NCBI GenBank assembly: GCA_034226945.1
Contig: CP120454.1
Span: 682,001 to 746,000, forward strand
Origin: Picochlorum sp. SENEW3
Lineage: Eukaryota
Reading direction: 5' to 3'
Length of the DNA stretch: 64,000 bases
The position numbers and the translations under genes were made by a program. Shown piece after piece: positions 22,764 through 36,063 of this stretch (its first letter is position 1; the number at the start of each line of letters is the position of its first letter). Below the pieces are notes generated by a model. That model ran no database searches and had not been told where the DNA came from. It saw only the letters and a program-made list of their open reading frames with translations.

Positions 22764-25125
22764 ATGAAAAGTTCAAAGAAGGGTAATTCAAAGAGAAAGG
22801 AGGTTCGAGGGGATGAGCGATTTGCAGCGGTTGGGTATGATCCCCGTTTTCAGCGGTTCCCAAAAGCCAAGTCAAAAGTCAAGGTGGACGATCGTTTCAA
22901 GGGTACGTGCGTTTGAGTATACGGCACTGGTGGAGACTGTGTTATCGTGTCGATGCAACATGGCATAATTCTAGTATTATCACAATTGCTTGAACGATGC
23001 AGATATGTTTGAGAATCCTGAATTTCAAGTTGGGTCTACAAAAGACAAGCGTGGAAGAGGGACTCACAAGAAACAGAAGAAGAAGCTTGTTGACGAGGTG
23101 AGAAGGTATTATCGATTGGATGAAGATGAGGAGGAGGAAGATAAGGTCGACCGGAAGGATGCAAGAGAGATTGAGCAGGCAGTCAAACCGGCACCATCTT
23201 CATCATCATCTGAAGAAGAAGAAGAAGAGCTTGATGAAGCTGGCATGAGATGGGCTCGGATGAGAGGACTTGCTGGGCCTAGTAGTAGCAGTGAAAGCGA
23301 AAGCGACAGTGAGAGTGAGAGCGATGATATTAATAATGACTTGATGGATGGTGTTCTGGATGAAGATGTGGAACATTTGTATCAGGACTGGGGTGTTGGG
23401 GCATATGCTGCCAATCCCAATGAAAACATCCCACTTCTTCCTGAAGCAACGCATCGAATGGCATGTGTAGATTTGGATTGGGAGCATATCAAGGCAGTAG
23501 ATATACTGGCGGCCTTGCGCTCCTTTGTGCCAGGGACAGACGGCGACATCTCCTCTGTGACCGTGTACCCATCTGATTATGGATTGGAAAAGATGGAAGG
23601 AGAGAAGAATACTGGCCCTCAAGCGATCTGGAAGAAATCTCATGATGACAATGCAGATAATGAAGAAGAAGATGAGGACTCTGAAGGTGGAGACAGGGAT
23701 CTTGATACTACCAAGCTTCGCTATTATGAGCGGTCCAAATTAAGGTGGTATTATGCCATTATTGTATGCAGTACAGCCAAAGCAGCAGAATCTATTTATA
23801 ATGAGTGTGATGGAATGGAGCTCATGAAAACGGCAAATGTGTTTGATTTGCGTTTTGTTCCTGATGATCAATCATTTGAGGGACGTGTTGTACGGGATGT
23901 TGCCACCAGTGTGCCTGCTGATTATTCAGCACCAGTATTTCAGACAAAGGCTTTGCAGCACACCAATGTTGAGCTTACATGGGATAAAGTTGATGATGAC
24001 AGAAAAAAGACATTGTCAAAGAAGTTCAAAGATGATGAATTGAAGGCTGAGGATTTTAAGACATACTTGGCAAGTGCATCTGATGAGTCTGAGGAAGAAG
24101 CTGACACAGTTCCTGACGACGATCAGGAGGCTATTCGAGAAAGATATAGAAAGTTGGTATCTCTCACAGATAAAGACGTACCATCTGAGAGGAAGGGAAC
24201 AAAGGAATGGGAGAAGGAGGAGGATTTGCCAGATGGCTGTGTCGCAGATAAAGACAAGGAGCTACAGGTGACTTTTGCCCAAGATCTGGAGAGTTTGGGT
24301 GCCAAGCTAGCAGAAAAAGCGAAAGAAAAGAATCGAAATGGCGCCGAGACAGTCTGGGAAGCGTATCTCAGGAGACGGAAAGAGAAGAGGGAGGAAGCCA
24401 AGCGCAAAGGAAAAGTCCACTATCATTCTTCTGATGACAGCGAATCCGATTCAGACATTGAGGAAGCACCACCGGCTGGAAACGATGAAGAATCTACAAA
24501 GGATCCTTTTGACGATCCATTTTTCAACCAAAACGATTCATTCGTGGACACTAAGAAGAAGGGAAAGAAGAAGCCTCAACAACATGTGTCAGACTCTGAT
24601 GATGATGCACAAGAAGAGCAGCGCCGCGCAGAACTCGAAATGTTACTCATGGACGATACCTCTCTACATTCTAAGAAGAAGTCATCCCTAGAGAAAGATG
24701 GAAGTCTGCCAAAAGGCAAAATGAGCAAAAGGGCAAGGATCAAGTTGGCAAAGATGAAGAAGAGGGCCGAGCGCGAGGATGGCTCCGACAACGAAGATTT
24801 GGACGCTCAAAACAAGGAATACCTTAATATGGATGATCCAAGATTCAAGGAAGTATTCGAAAACCCCGAATTCGCTCTTGATCCCACGGATCCTCGGTTT
24901 GCCAAATCTGGCAAAGCTGCAACAAAGCTAGCAACCGAAGTAGCCAAACGGCGCTCCCAAAAGCGTAGATCAAAGGCCACTACCGACACAGTCGAGGAAT
25001 ATGACAAGAACATCGATTCAAAATCATCGGACAAGGCCGACATCAAACTCATGGTAGCCTCATTGAAGCGCAAGTCAGCAAGCACAAGGAACAGCAAGAA
25101 GAAATCCAAACCTTCACGATGGTAA
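22764..25125 (+). CDS. ESF1: Pre-rRNA processing protein ESF1 (NUC153 domain); intron 22903-23002
   Basis: DPRFQRFPKAKSKVKVDDRFKDMF; RMACVDLDWEHIKAVD; SVTVYPSDYG; DDPRFKEVFENPEFALDPTDPRF. Confidence 0.93.
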
Positions 25126-25256
25126 TGTCCATACTTGGTGAGATGCATCCGCGGTAGTACTTATAATTATCTCAATATATTTAATATATATTTAAGATAC
25201 TCCGATTGTTGATTGAACCACAGCATCCTCCACCGATCCTTTCAACGACACCCGCC

Positions 25257-26572
25257 ATGGCTCCTTCCGACAAACTCTATGATCAGTGCGTTTTTTTGTA
25301 TCCATTAGATTTATATGACATCGAGTATTCATAAAGAGTGTTTCTTTGCCACTTGCAGGCTGGATATTGTGATTCCAACAAGTGCGTGTGTCTGATTGCC
25401 AGATCGTCGCCATACCCACTTCGTATATTCTGTACTAGAACCACAAAAGAGACCACCATAGTACTTGAAATACTTTATTATATCGACTGACCTAGCATAT
25501 GTACCAATTGCAGTCCGAAACTTGGATTTTCTGGAGCAGTGGTACGGCCTGCCTTCTATACGACTGCGGTAGCCGTTCTCTACATCTGAATCGTCTGAAT
25601 TATTATTCATGCAGGAGAGATTTCTTCCAACCATACCATATCATCGTGGTTCAGGATGGGGACCCGAGCAGAAAAGTAGAGGTACCAGAGGGCTTTGATT
25701 ATGAGCTGTACAACAGGAATGATATTGAGAGAATTCTTGGGGACAAGGCGTGGTGCATCAGTTTCAAAGATTCTGCCTGCCGTTGCTTTGGATACATGAT
25801 CAGTAAGAAGAAGTATATCTATACGATTGATGATGATTGCTTTGTGGCGACCAAGCCTACTGGAGAGAGAATCAATGCTTTGGAGCAGCACATTCAAAAT
25901 CTCTTGTCCCCATCTACCCCCGACTTCTTCAACACATTGTATGATCCGTTTGCAGAAGGGGCTGATTTTGTACGTGGGTACCCATTTTCTATGAGAGAGG
26001 GGAAGAAGACGGCAGTCTCTCATGGGCTGTGGTTGAACATCCCAGACTATGATGCTCCCACACAGATGGTCAAGCCCATGGAGAGGAACACGCGTTATGT
26101 CAATGCAGTTCTCACTATACCCAAAAAGACACTTTTTCCCATGTGTGGAATGAACTTGGCATTCGATCGCGAGATTATTGGGCCAGCAATGTACTTTGGA
26201 CTCATGGGAGAAGGCCAACCATGGGGCAGATATGATGATATGTGGGCCGGGTGGTGCGTGAAAGTCATCGCCGATCATCTCGATGTTGGAGTCAAAACAG
26301 GCTTGCCGTACATTTGGCATTCAAAGGCATCCAATCCCTTTGTCAACCTGAGAAAGGAATACAATGGAATTTTCTGGCAGGAGGAGATTATTCCATTCTT
26401 CCAAAAGGTTGAATTTTCCGACAAGGCGTCAGATGTGTTCTCATGCATGGAAGAATTGGCTGAAAAGGTGCGCGAAGGATTGAAGCACTTGGATCCATAC
26501 TTTGAAAAGCTTGCTGATGGCATGCTGACATGGATTCAAGCATGGAAGGAATTGAACAGCACCGAGTCATAA
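25257..26572 (+). CDS. RGP: UDP-arabinopyranose mutase / reversibly glycosylated polypeptide (GT75); three short 5' exons
   Basis: Spliced [67 protein letters not shown]. Confidence 0.93.
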
Positions 26573-26609
26573 GATTGATTCATTTGTTTCCAATCATGTA
26601 CATATAATG

Positions 26610-27571
26610 CTATAAAAATTTGGCAGCCATTTCAGCGTTTTTATCTACTGGTATCGTCATTGGTACACCATCCTTGTTGTCCTCTTCATGTTTGATCAAA
26701 TCCTTGAGATGGGCTTCCACTGCCTCGCGCCATGTTGATCCTTGTTCCCACGTATCTGCTTCATCTAAAATACCTAGCTGGGATAGCACGAGAAGAATAT
26801 GCTTGCAATCTCGCTTGCGGCATCGATGGTCAATGCATGTGCATTTTTTCTTTTCATCACTCAGAGTAACTGTATATGGGTCCCCTTTACTTCCAATCAC
26901 AATAAAGGACGCAAAGTCATCGTTGCATTCAACAAGCCCATCGAGAGCTACAGCTTGCATTCTCGCCAACATCTTTTTCCGTTCATCCTTCTTTTCTTCC
27001 TCAGTCATGTGGCTCAGCAATGCCCGATCTCTGGCAGCATACACTGATGCCTCTGATTTTGGACCGCTGCAGTTCATCAGATGCCTCTTTTGCCCACGTT
27101 CATACACTTTTCCGCATTTTGGACACTCTCCATTCACAATAAATTCTCCTAATTGCCGCTCAAATCTGTCCTCTGCAGTCTCCTCTTCCTGTTCAACAGG
27201 ATTCTCTTGCTTGATTTGAAGTCGCCTTGATCGCCGCACACCACCCTCATCATGCATTTCTGGAGCTGCTTCATGTTCCAATACTCTCGTCTCCTTCTTC
27301 TTCCTCTTCTTCTTTTGCTTGGGTGGACTGCTAGGTGCCCCAACCAAACTGTCCAGTTGTTTGGCTACTTTGGTCAAATTCAAAGCACGAAGTTTCTCGC
27401 GATTCCGTTCAATTCTGAAGCAAAAAATCCATTTATTTCACCATTGTATACATACAATTGGATCCGTACGTACATTTTGAGCCTCTGTATCTCATAGGGA
27501 ACGAGCCCTTCAGAATTTGAACCATGTTCCGTTGTTGTCGCTACGTCGTCCAAATTGCGTTTTCTGGCCAT
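26610..27571 (-). CDS. SWIM zinc-finger protein; intron 27415-27473
   Basis: VIGSKGDPYTVTL...CTCIDHRCRKRDCKHILLVL; N-terminal YEIQRLKIIERNREKLRALNL after splicing; additional CPKC...H...C finger. Confidence 0.8.
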
Positions 27572-27610
27572 ACTTTTCTCTTACAAATATGACTATAAAT
27601 ATGCAATTAA

Positions 27611-29448
27611 TTATTTGGATGGCCGTTCAGATTCTACTGCTACATCTCGTTTCCTGTCCGCTTCCCTCTTGATTCGGTCTTGCTCCCGCTTCTTGGCAGA
27701 TGCCCTCTGGATTTCACTCGATGCTTCGCCAAGGTAGCGGATGATGGCATCGTTGACCCAAGAATCTTTGTATGGTGCTGACTGCGACATGATTTCCAGA
27801 TGATCGTCGGGTTTATTGGGCAAACTTCGTGGATCTTTTGAGTGAAGTGCAAGAATCTCCCGGAATAGCCTAAATGGATCTGATGCACAGGCTTGCAAGA
27901 GAGCATATTGGCTCTCTAATTCACAGTATCTATAGTATACTTCTGCTAAATCTACATCCAATTCTTCCATTTCTGCCTGGAATGCATTTCTTGCCTCGAC
28001 CATGCTTGGAGGAGGGGTGACAAGGCTGGCAGCAAGGAGGGGTGCCTCATAGTGTATGTCAATGCACAATGGTTTGGCCGGATCTGGACGTTCCATCGAG
28101 TACTCTACAGTAAAGGGTTCTACTGGCAAGAGTATTGTCCGAAGGCGCTTTGTGAATGCAGTGTATGACACAAATTCTTCATCCTTGCCAGAATATGTTT
28201 TCCCTTCAGCTTCATAGGCCAGGGCAAGAATGCCCTTGAGCGTATCGTCCAATTTCAATTTGCCAATATTGCCAACCTGTATCAATATATATTTAGAAAT
28301 AAAATAAAACAAAGGAAGCCCAAGATGGTTTTTATGTCGATAGAACGTACCTGAAGCATGAGGTTTTTCCTCTTAGCATGGGTCCATATGGTACCCATGA
28401 GAAATGCAAGACTGTATACACCCCCACCAAGACCAGACGGAAGCGAGAGAATTTCTTCCAGCTTTTTTGGTACTCTATAAACAGGTTTGGCATGATCTAC
28501 ATCGAATGTAATACGGGCTGCGCGTGGGCATGGCCCAGACCGGTTGATTTGAAAGCATTCCTTGTGCTCTCTGTCATGTTTGCACTTTTCCCAGACAATA
28601 ACCTCCTTCTCAGCCGGAGTATTTCCTTCTAATTCTATTTTCAAGCTCTTTAAGCAATGACTGAAGAATAACTTTGCTACATGGAGTGATTGAGACACAC
28701 TTCCACCACCACCTGGGTGAGAGTCTTCCGAGGATTCTATTGGACGCCCATGGATTGATAGACTCCACGCATCCTTTCCGTCCTTGCGCGATTTCTGACC
28801 AAATACATACACCCTCATTTGCCTTCTTGCTGCTCCAATCATGGATATTTCTTGCTCAGACAATGGTGAAGACGCAGTAAATATTTCCAAAATCTCGTTC
28901 CTGCGCTTGTAAATCTCCGTATCAAGCCTCCTCTCCAAGTCCTGCAGCTCGGTAAAGAGCGGCGAATCTGGAACTAATCCAGTCGTCTTTTCTGGCAACT
29001 TGAACTCCATTTTTCTCTTGCGAAATCTATTCAGTTCCTGGAGAGCAGCCATGTTTTCTGCCTTCTCCCTGGAAATTTGAGCAGGAGGCTCCTCTGGCTT
29101 GGATTGCTGCTGAATCATCTTTCCCGACGCTATATGCTGTGTTAATGGCGCCGGTTGACGCCCGATAGTAGGCTTGACTCCAGGCACTGGTCCTTGATTG
29201 TTCGTATACAACTGCCTCGGTGGAGCACCCAGATGCTGCACCATCCCTTGCTGCCACTGCATGGGTTGTGGGCGCACATACACCGCATTTGATTGATTAG
29301 GATTATATCCTGCATTCGGAATCTGCGGAACAGACAACGGCGCGACTGGAAAAGAGACATTGACTCCCTGCTGCTGGTTTGGTTGAAGTGAACCCTGCTG
29401 CCGATCTATTCCATGAGGATATATATTACCGTTATAATTATTGGACAT
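27611..29448 (-). CDS. SWI/SNF BAF60/SMARCD (SWIB-domain) subunit-like; one intron about 28277-28350
   Basis: LVPDSPLFTELQDLERRLDTEIYKRRNEI, FFSHCLKSLKIEL, GTIWTHAKRKNL, LLPVEPFTVEY, WVNDAIIRYL. Confidence 0.78.
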
Positions 29449-29770
29449 TTTTGGCGCTTATGTAAGGCACTCTAATGTAACGCCACAGATATCAAATGCT
29501 TCTTTGGATTCCAAAGACACGCGTCTCATTGCCACGATACAGGCACTGATACGGGTTGGTGACGTTTCGAATCGGTATAAATTATTTAAATGACTACTTG
29601 TGATGGAGAATCGACAGTATTTGACGACTACTCGAATGCTGTATTCAAATTTTCAATTACGGCAGCATGTGCATTCATGGATTTGACAAGAATACGGCAC
29701 TGTGGCCTTTGCTTGGATGTAAAAGAGCATTCAATTATATGATATCGATGCGTATAATGCTTCATCTGTC

Positions 29771-32100
29771 ATGAAACGGTCGTTGGTGTCCAGATGTCTA
29801 TGTTTGGGACTTTCTGGGAGCAGGAGTAGTCCTGGATACAGGGGGTTACAGTACGATGGATTGCCGTCTTCTGCGCATGTGATTGACTCAATATCATCCA
29901 ACAGATGGATTTCCTTCGTCTCGGGAGGGCGTAGTATTAATACTGCTGAGCCTAGGCATGGGAGAGAGTATAGCTCAACTTCCCTGTCCTCTATGCTTCA
30001 GAAGGAAATGGATCGCTTTCGGCAGTATGTCCAACAGGATACTGGCATACAGTCTTTATCAGATGTGTTTTACAATGAGATGATGCAAAAGGAGCCAGGA
30101 GATGAGGATGAAGTGCCCATTCGGGCCGGGGATTTTTTGTACACTGTGGTGTTGGAGAATGGGTTTCCATCAATTTATCGTGCATCTGCCATTTCTGGGA
30201 GCGTTGAACCAGAGCTTGTACTTCGCACAGAGGATATTGCGAAACAAAGTGGTAGTAATGCTCTTCATATAGAAGCTGTGCGTCCAATGTGTATTCGGTG
30301 TAGTGTATGAATGGCCAACATAAACTCCAACATTGTGTGCAGCTTAGAATATCGAGGTGTGGGGGATGCATATTATTGGTCGTGCACGTGTGTGGAGTTG
30401 ACAGTCAAGAAGATATCCGTAGAGTATATATTAGGGATATTAGTAAAAAGAACACGATCCATCAGCCCCATATGACTGGTGCAATGAATGCAGAGTATGA
30501 CAAACATGGCATGGTGTATCTTACATTGCCTGATGCACTGGGTATCCCCAGCAGAGTATACAGGACATGGCCTGCCATGTGTTCATCAGATGGTACTGAA
30601 ATGAATAGTCTCGAACTTGTATATGAAGACATGGATCCCCAGAATTTTGTTGGCATTCAGAGAACAAAGGATTGGGAGTATGTGTGTATCAACTCAAACT
30701 CCAAAACAAGCTCAGAGGTTCACCTTGTATACGATGATGGAGAATTGTTACGAGTGAAAGAACGCACAAGGGGTATTGAGTATTTTGTCGAGCATGCACA
30801 TGGTCATCTTGTCGTGTCTAGCAATCATCGCCACGGAGTGGAGCATGAGATCTTTGTATCAAAGTTGAGTCAAGATGCAGAGGGGGATTTGCATGCTGGG
30901 GAATGGGCGTTGGTATATTCGCCAGACACTCAATCGACAATCTCCGATATGATGGTCAATCGTAATGCCATCACGCTGTTAGAACGGGTGTTTCCAGGAA
31001 TTCCCCGTGTACGGGTGCTTCCTATCGATACGCATGGGGATGCCATGGTTGCACAGGAGCCATACACAGTTCCACTACCAGACTGGGCGATAGATACTCG
31101 TTTTGGACCTAATGAAAACTATGTGACGGATAAAATCCAATTCGAGTTGCAATCTCCAATTCTCCCGCCGGTTCAGGTTGAGTGGGATGTTCTAGGGAAG
31201 CAGCTGTACAGTAGTAGTGCCCAAGAGCATGTGATGCAAGAATATCAACAGATCCTAGATAACTATTCTGTCACACGAGTTGCATTGAATACATCGAATG
31301 AGAATGTTTCAATTCCCCTGACCATTGCGTACAAGCATGATGCAACAAACCCAAGTAAGTGCCTCTTCATCTCTTATGCAGCCTACGGAGAGAATGTGGA
31401 CATGTCATATCAAAGTTATTTATTTCCACTCATGGATAGAGGATGGAAAATTATATTTATTCATGCTCGGGGAGGAGGAGAGCTTGGATGTGCATGGCAT
31501 CATGCAGGAAGGGTGCCATTCAAAGCAAATAGTGAAAAGGATATCATATCGGCCATTACAACAATGGTTCACGAAGGTGAATTGCTGTCATATATTTCAA
31601 TGCTTGGTGATATGATGATACTAAACCAAACATACTATGCAGGTATCGCACTTCCAGGACACGTCGCAGCAATGACCCACAGTGCTGGTGCAATTCCAAT
31701 CTGTTCAGCCCTCAACAAAAAACCTGGTCTCGTGAATGCAGTTGTCATGGACTCTCCGTTTGTCGACGTCTTCGGAGCAATGTCTAATCCAGATCATGCA
31801 TTGACTGAGCATGAATACGAGGAGTTTGGCAACCCCGATAGAGACAATGTCAAAGCCATTTGCCCAACCTCTGGAATTCAGCACCATGAGTATCCGCACA
31901 TGTTGATTGCAACAGGACGTCAGGACCACCAAGTACCCATTGAGGGGACGCTGTCGTATATTTCAAAGATTCGAAGGGCGAATCAGAATCGGATTTTTCT
32001 ATGGCCACACGCATTCCATGGCCACATGCCCACGCACGATGAAAAACTAAGAGTCAAGGCCATGCAATGTGCATTCCTTGAAACATCTATGGCAGTTTAA
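29771..32100 (+). CDS. Prolyl oligopeptidase family S9A (oligopeptidase B/PREPL-like), organelle-targeted; introns about 30278-30342 and 31577-31642
   Basis: HARGGGELG, THSAGA (Ser), PFVDV, EYEEFGNP, GRQDHQVP (Asp), HGH (His). Confidence 0.85.
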
Positions 32101-32791
32101 AAGTAGGCATCCCCACCTCCGTCATCATCAGGATCATCATATTCTTCATCATCGTCGTACTGTTGAAATGGATCGTCATCATTACCAAACACATCATCTT
32201 CATCATACCCATCCTCCCGTTCATCCTCACCAGCATGATCCTTCCCTTCAACCAGCAATGCATCATCACCACCAGCGAGAGGAGCTTGTCCTTCCCGACG
32301 GGCAAGCTCTTCAATACGTGTTAAACTTATATCTATATTTACCCGTCTTGGGCTACTCAGCATTCCTTTGCTCTTTCCCGTGTCTTTAGTCCCAGTCAGT
32401 TGCCACAACAGTTCCTTTGGAACATACCCCTCAAAACCCCCTTGAATCACGGACATGAAAGACTCTTTTCCATGCTGAACATCGGCATCGTTATCCGAAG
32501 GTATATAAAAGCAGGAATTTTGATACATACTATTCACAGAACTCAGTGTTTTGATCATATCATCCCTTTGTTCCAACATGTGCTCACTTGGCAAGTCTGG
32601 CAGCACCACGTCAGCCTACAAGCACCAGGATGCCATTAATTCATGCATTCATCGACTCAATTCGCATTGATACGTACTGGGTACAACGAAGGAGGACCAT
32701 TCAGCAACTCCTCAGGTGGCAGAGCATTACCGTCGTCATCTCGTGCCATTGGTTTGGGCCCGGAAGGCCCTCTACCTCTTCCCCTATTCAT
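32097..32791 (-). CDS. RNA polymerase III subunit RPC7/C31-like; intron 32616-32677
   Basis: Spliced MNRGRGRG...PPSLYP, YVPKEL, long acidic tail ending DDDGGGDAYF, as typical of Rpc31. Confidence 0.72.
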
Positions 32792-33082
32792 TAAATATGT
32801 GTGATGGAATGTTACTGTCTATTTACACGAATCTAATGATCGATCCATCCAGCCTATTCTTGTGAACTTTTCAAATGCATGGGCTTGTTGACATGCGTTT
32901 CGTTGAGAAAAGATTGTGTACTCTTTCTATTCAAGTATTCTTCATCGGAGATATTACTTCATAACAACAGCAACAGCAATAAAATATCATGGACTATGAT
33001 ACCGTAGTCCTCTTTTCGAAATTCGTCATAATTTGTTTCATTTCCAGCAGCAGATCTCCATCTCTAGTTGGCAATGATGATA

Positions 33083-34171
33083 TCATTGGACAATCTCTGG
33101 CATAGCCTCCTCTGTGCTGTCAATACCACCTCTCACAAAGACAAATGCCAAAACAGCACCGATCAAGCACAAAAAGATACCCAATGCACCGAGAATTGGT
33201 GAAGGCACAGCAGTGCTTACAGATTTCCAAGCTGTCACATATGACCACAGCAACCAGGCACCAGCACTGGCAATCCCACCAACAAAGAGTGTCACGAGTA
33301 ATTTACCAAGGAAACTTGTCTTTTGCAGACCAAATTGCTCCATGCCAACCTCCTCTGATGAACCTCCTCGAGTAAACACAAAGAGAGATCCTCTGCTGCC
33401 CTTGCCAATCCTCACGTCATCATCCACATAGGTTGTTTTCAACACAACGGCACTCTTTGGCCCAATATTTGCATAAATACCGAATGGTAATGCTAGTACA
33501 GGTGGATCAAAAAACACCTTGGCCGTGTCTGCCGCATCCTCCTCGCCATCTGGCACAACTGGCAATAGCTTGCCTCGAAGCCCAACAGAGCATGGAATGC
33601 ACCCAAATATTCTCAGATCGACTTTATTCACAACAATATCTGGTTTGAAGACACTCTGATATAAACCTACGGTTTTGAACAAAAATCGTCCCAAGCCAGT
33701 ACGAAAGCGTCCACCGGCTGGCTGTCCAGGCTGGGTGCCTCCCATGCTGACATAGGCCACATTATAATTCCCAAAGACTCGCTCATCTTCAAGCGGCCTC
33801 GTCCCTTTCCCAACCTCCTCCAGTGAATTCAACACATCGTGAACAGCATCTTTATCTGCGACAGTATCTGCAGACCCATCAGGTGCCTCTGTACCCACCA
33901 GATCCAACAGCCGCTCCACCATGGCTCCACCATCCCCCCCTACAGATGAGGAAGGTATAGACGAGAAAGAGGGGGTCGTTGCGGTATTTCGACCCTCACC
34001 AACTCCCTCAAAGACGGTATCAGGCGCATGAAAATGCTTGCGATGATATCCAAGCACGGGTCTCGGCGTCGAGACGAAGAAGGGTCTTTTACAACTCACC
34101 CCACGACAAGTAGTGCCATACCTTGCAGTATCACTCATCATACTGCATTTCACCATACTCTTAGAATTCAT
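33083..34171 (-). CDS. Plastid lipid-associated protein (PAP/fibrillin family) with two C-terminal TM helices
   Basis: GNYNVAYVS, TTYVDDDVRIGKGSRGSLFVFTR fibrillin C-terminal signature; transit peptide. Confidence 0.85.
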   Translation of the reverse strand: MNSKSMVKCSMMSDTARYGTTCRGVSCKRPFFVSTPRPVLGYHRKHFHAPDTVFEGVGEGRNTATTPSFSSIPSSSVGGDGGAMVERLLDLVGTEAPDGSADTVADKDAVHDVLNSLEEVGKGTRPLEDERVFGNYNVAYVSMGGTQPGQPAGGRFRTGLGRFLFKTVGLYQSVFKPDIVVNKVDLRIFGCIPCSVGLRGKLLPVVPDGEEDAADTAKVFFDPPVLALPFGIYANIGPKSAVVLKTTYVDDDVRIGKGSRGSLFVFTRGGSSEEVGMEQFGLQKTSFLGKLLVTLFVGGIASAGAWLLWSYVTAWKSVSTAVPSPILGALGIFLCLIGAVLAFVFVRGGIDSTEEAMPEIVQ

Positions 34172-34499
34172 GATATTTTAGATGAAGATTAAATTGTTTC
34201 ATCGTGATTCCTACGACGGATGGATGGATCTATCTAGATTGAATCTGCGCGCAGATTGGATGATGTTGGGTGACGTGTCTGTAAATCCAAACTTTTGGAT
34301 TGTTTCACGCATCGGATGATGACAGTCACTACCTCGATCTACCAATGGCATACTCGTATAAATTTAGTACATGCATGGAGAATCGATCATGCATGATGCC
34401 ATCGTATGACGTGCAGAGAATTGTGAAACCTGGGCATCTCTTGTAACAAACAACTCTGAGAGTTATTGATAGAGTATTGCCATGAGATAGAGCATATAG

Positions 34500-35573
34500 A
34501 TGACAATGAATATTGCAATTAATGGGTCAAAGAAGGCAATGGCCCTGCGATCCTTACATGGTAGCGTAGACGGCCTGCGTGCGTTACGCCTGCCTGTGGC
34601 GGGAACAACTCGAACTAGGCGTACCACTCGGGTACATGCCTCAGGAAAGGCATCGGAGCGCATCATGACATCTTTATTAACCATGTCATCGGTGCCGTAT
34701 ACCTCATATGTGCCAAGGCCTCGAACATTCCTGCACAATGTGGTGCCAGAGATCAAGCTCGTATGGGTCTTGGGGATGCTCTTCATGGTCGCACAGGCAT
34801 CGAGCAGCGAGTTTCGACTCGCCATGGCGGCCATGATTGGAGCAATCACCGTTATATCGTTTCCCAAAAGAATATGGAAGCCACAGCTAGTTCGGGTACT
34901 GGCGGTATCGGCCTTTGTATGCCTTTTGACTGCCTGTGGATCCGATGGTGTGCCACCAGTTGTGAGTGGGGGTAGAGCTCCTCCCCTTCAACAACAGGTG
35001 TACACGGATTTACAGGGACTATATCCTTCCTATAGATACACAATTCTTAATTTAGGGATATTCAGCATCACAAAAAGGAGCTTGGCATTGGCCATCACGC
35101 TGTTTTCTCTCACATGTATAACTCTGCAATCAGCCAGTATATGCCTCGTGACCACCCCTCCAGAGGCAATGGCTCTCGCGTTGAAGCGCTTCTTGTCTCC
35201 TCTCGGGTGGATTGGTTTTCCAGTGCATCGAATGTATATTATGTTACTGTTGTCCCTGCGATTCCTCGCCACTGTGTTTGAGGAAATGAGGAATCTCATC
35301 CTGGCATTGGCATCCAGAGGTGTAGACTGGTCCCAAATGGGAGGTGTTGGAACTCTTAGTCTGCTTGTGCGACTAGGGACAAGGCTCTTTCGGGTGCTAT
35401 TTCGAAAAAGTGAGGCAATCACGGACGCTATGCTGAGCAGAGGGTTCCGCGATCCGTCTCAACACATCATTTATACCACAAGGGATGCCCATGGGCTCCT
35501 GCAGGTGATTGCTGTGAATTCTTTGGCCGTGATTGTCTTTGCCCTATGTTTCGCGTGTTCATATGCAATGTGA
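34500..35573 (+). CDS. CbiQ/EcfT-family transmembrane component (plant ABCI12-like)
   Basis: YVPRPRTFLH...PEIKL, TTPPEAMALAL, LSLRFLATVFEEMRNL...ASRG, AMLSRGF (two conserved Arg motifs). Confidence 0.88.
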   Translation: MTMNIAINGSKKAMALRSLHGSVDGLRALRLPVAGTTRTRRTTRVHASGKASERIMTSLLTMSSVPYTSYVPRPRTFLHNVVPEIKLVWVLGMLFMVAQASSSEFRLAMAAMIGAITVISFPKRIWKPQLVRVLAVSAFVCLLTACGSDGVPPVVSGGRAPPLQQQVYTDLQGLYPSYRYTILNLGIFSITKRSLALAITLFSLTCITLQSASICLVTTPPEAMALALKRFLSPLGWIGFPVHRMYIMLLLSLRFLATVFEEMRNLILALASRGVDWSQMGGVGTLSLLVRLGTRLFRVLFRKSEAITDAMLSRGFRDPSQHIIYTTRDAHGLLQVIAVNSLAVIVFALCFACSYAM

Positions 35574-36063
35574 CAATATCACGGTGGCGATAATCCTGGA
35601 AGTATGAGCAAGCGTGACTGATGTCACGTCAGCACGAGGTTCATTCTCTGCTCGGGGATTGGAAGTCTCCAACGTCGATTCGTCGGTCGACCCACTTGTG
35701 CGACCGTGTCATGATCATGGTAGAATTGGCGTCATGCATCACGCTACCTATTTGCTTCCACCCCCAAAATGTACGGGAATATAAAAATTTTGTTGCAACG
35801 CCGGTGGTTACATTGTGCGTTCGATGTCTAAATGAAGAGAATTATTGCATAATTCTACGATTGACTGGCCAGAGGAGGGTGCGGGACTCTACACTTCTTG
35901 GGTGCTTTTGTAGGTGGATTTGTCCAACCCTTGTTGTAGGATAGAGCATTTGATTTTTCACACAAACATATTTGAAATATTGAGAAAAGTATTGGGTATA
36001 GGCTTTATAGTAGGCAAACGACGTCGGCAGCAGTGTGAACGAGACATCCAAAGTATAGGACCC

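Noticed and set aside
35621..36060. ORFs upstream of SnRK2 paralog A
   Set aside because: No recognisable features; likely promoter or 5'UTR.
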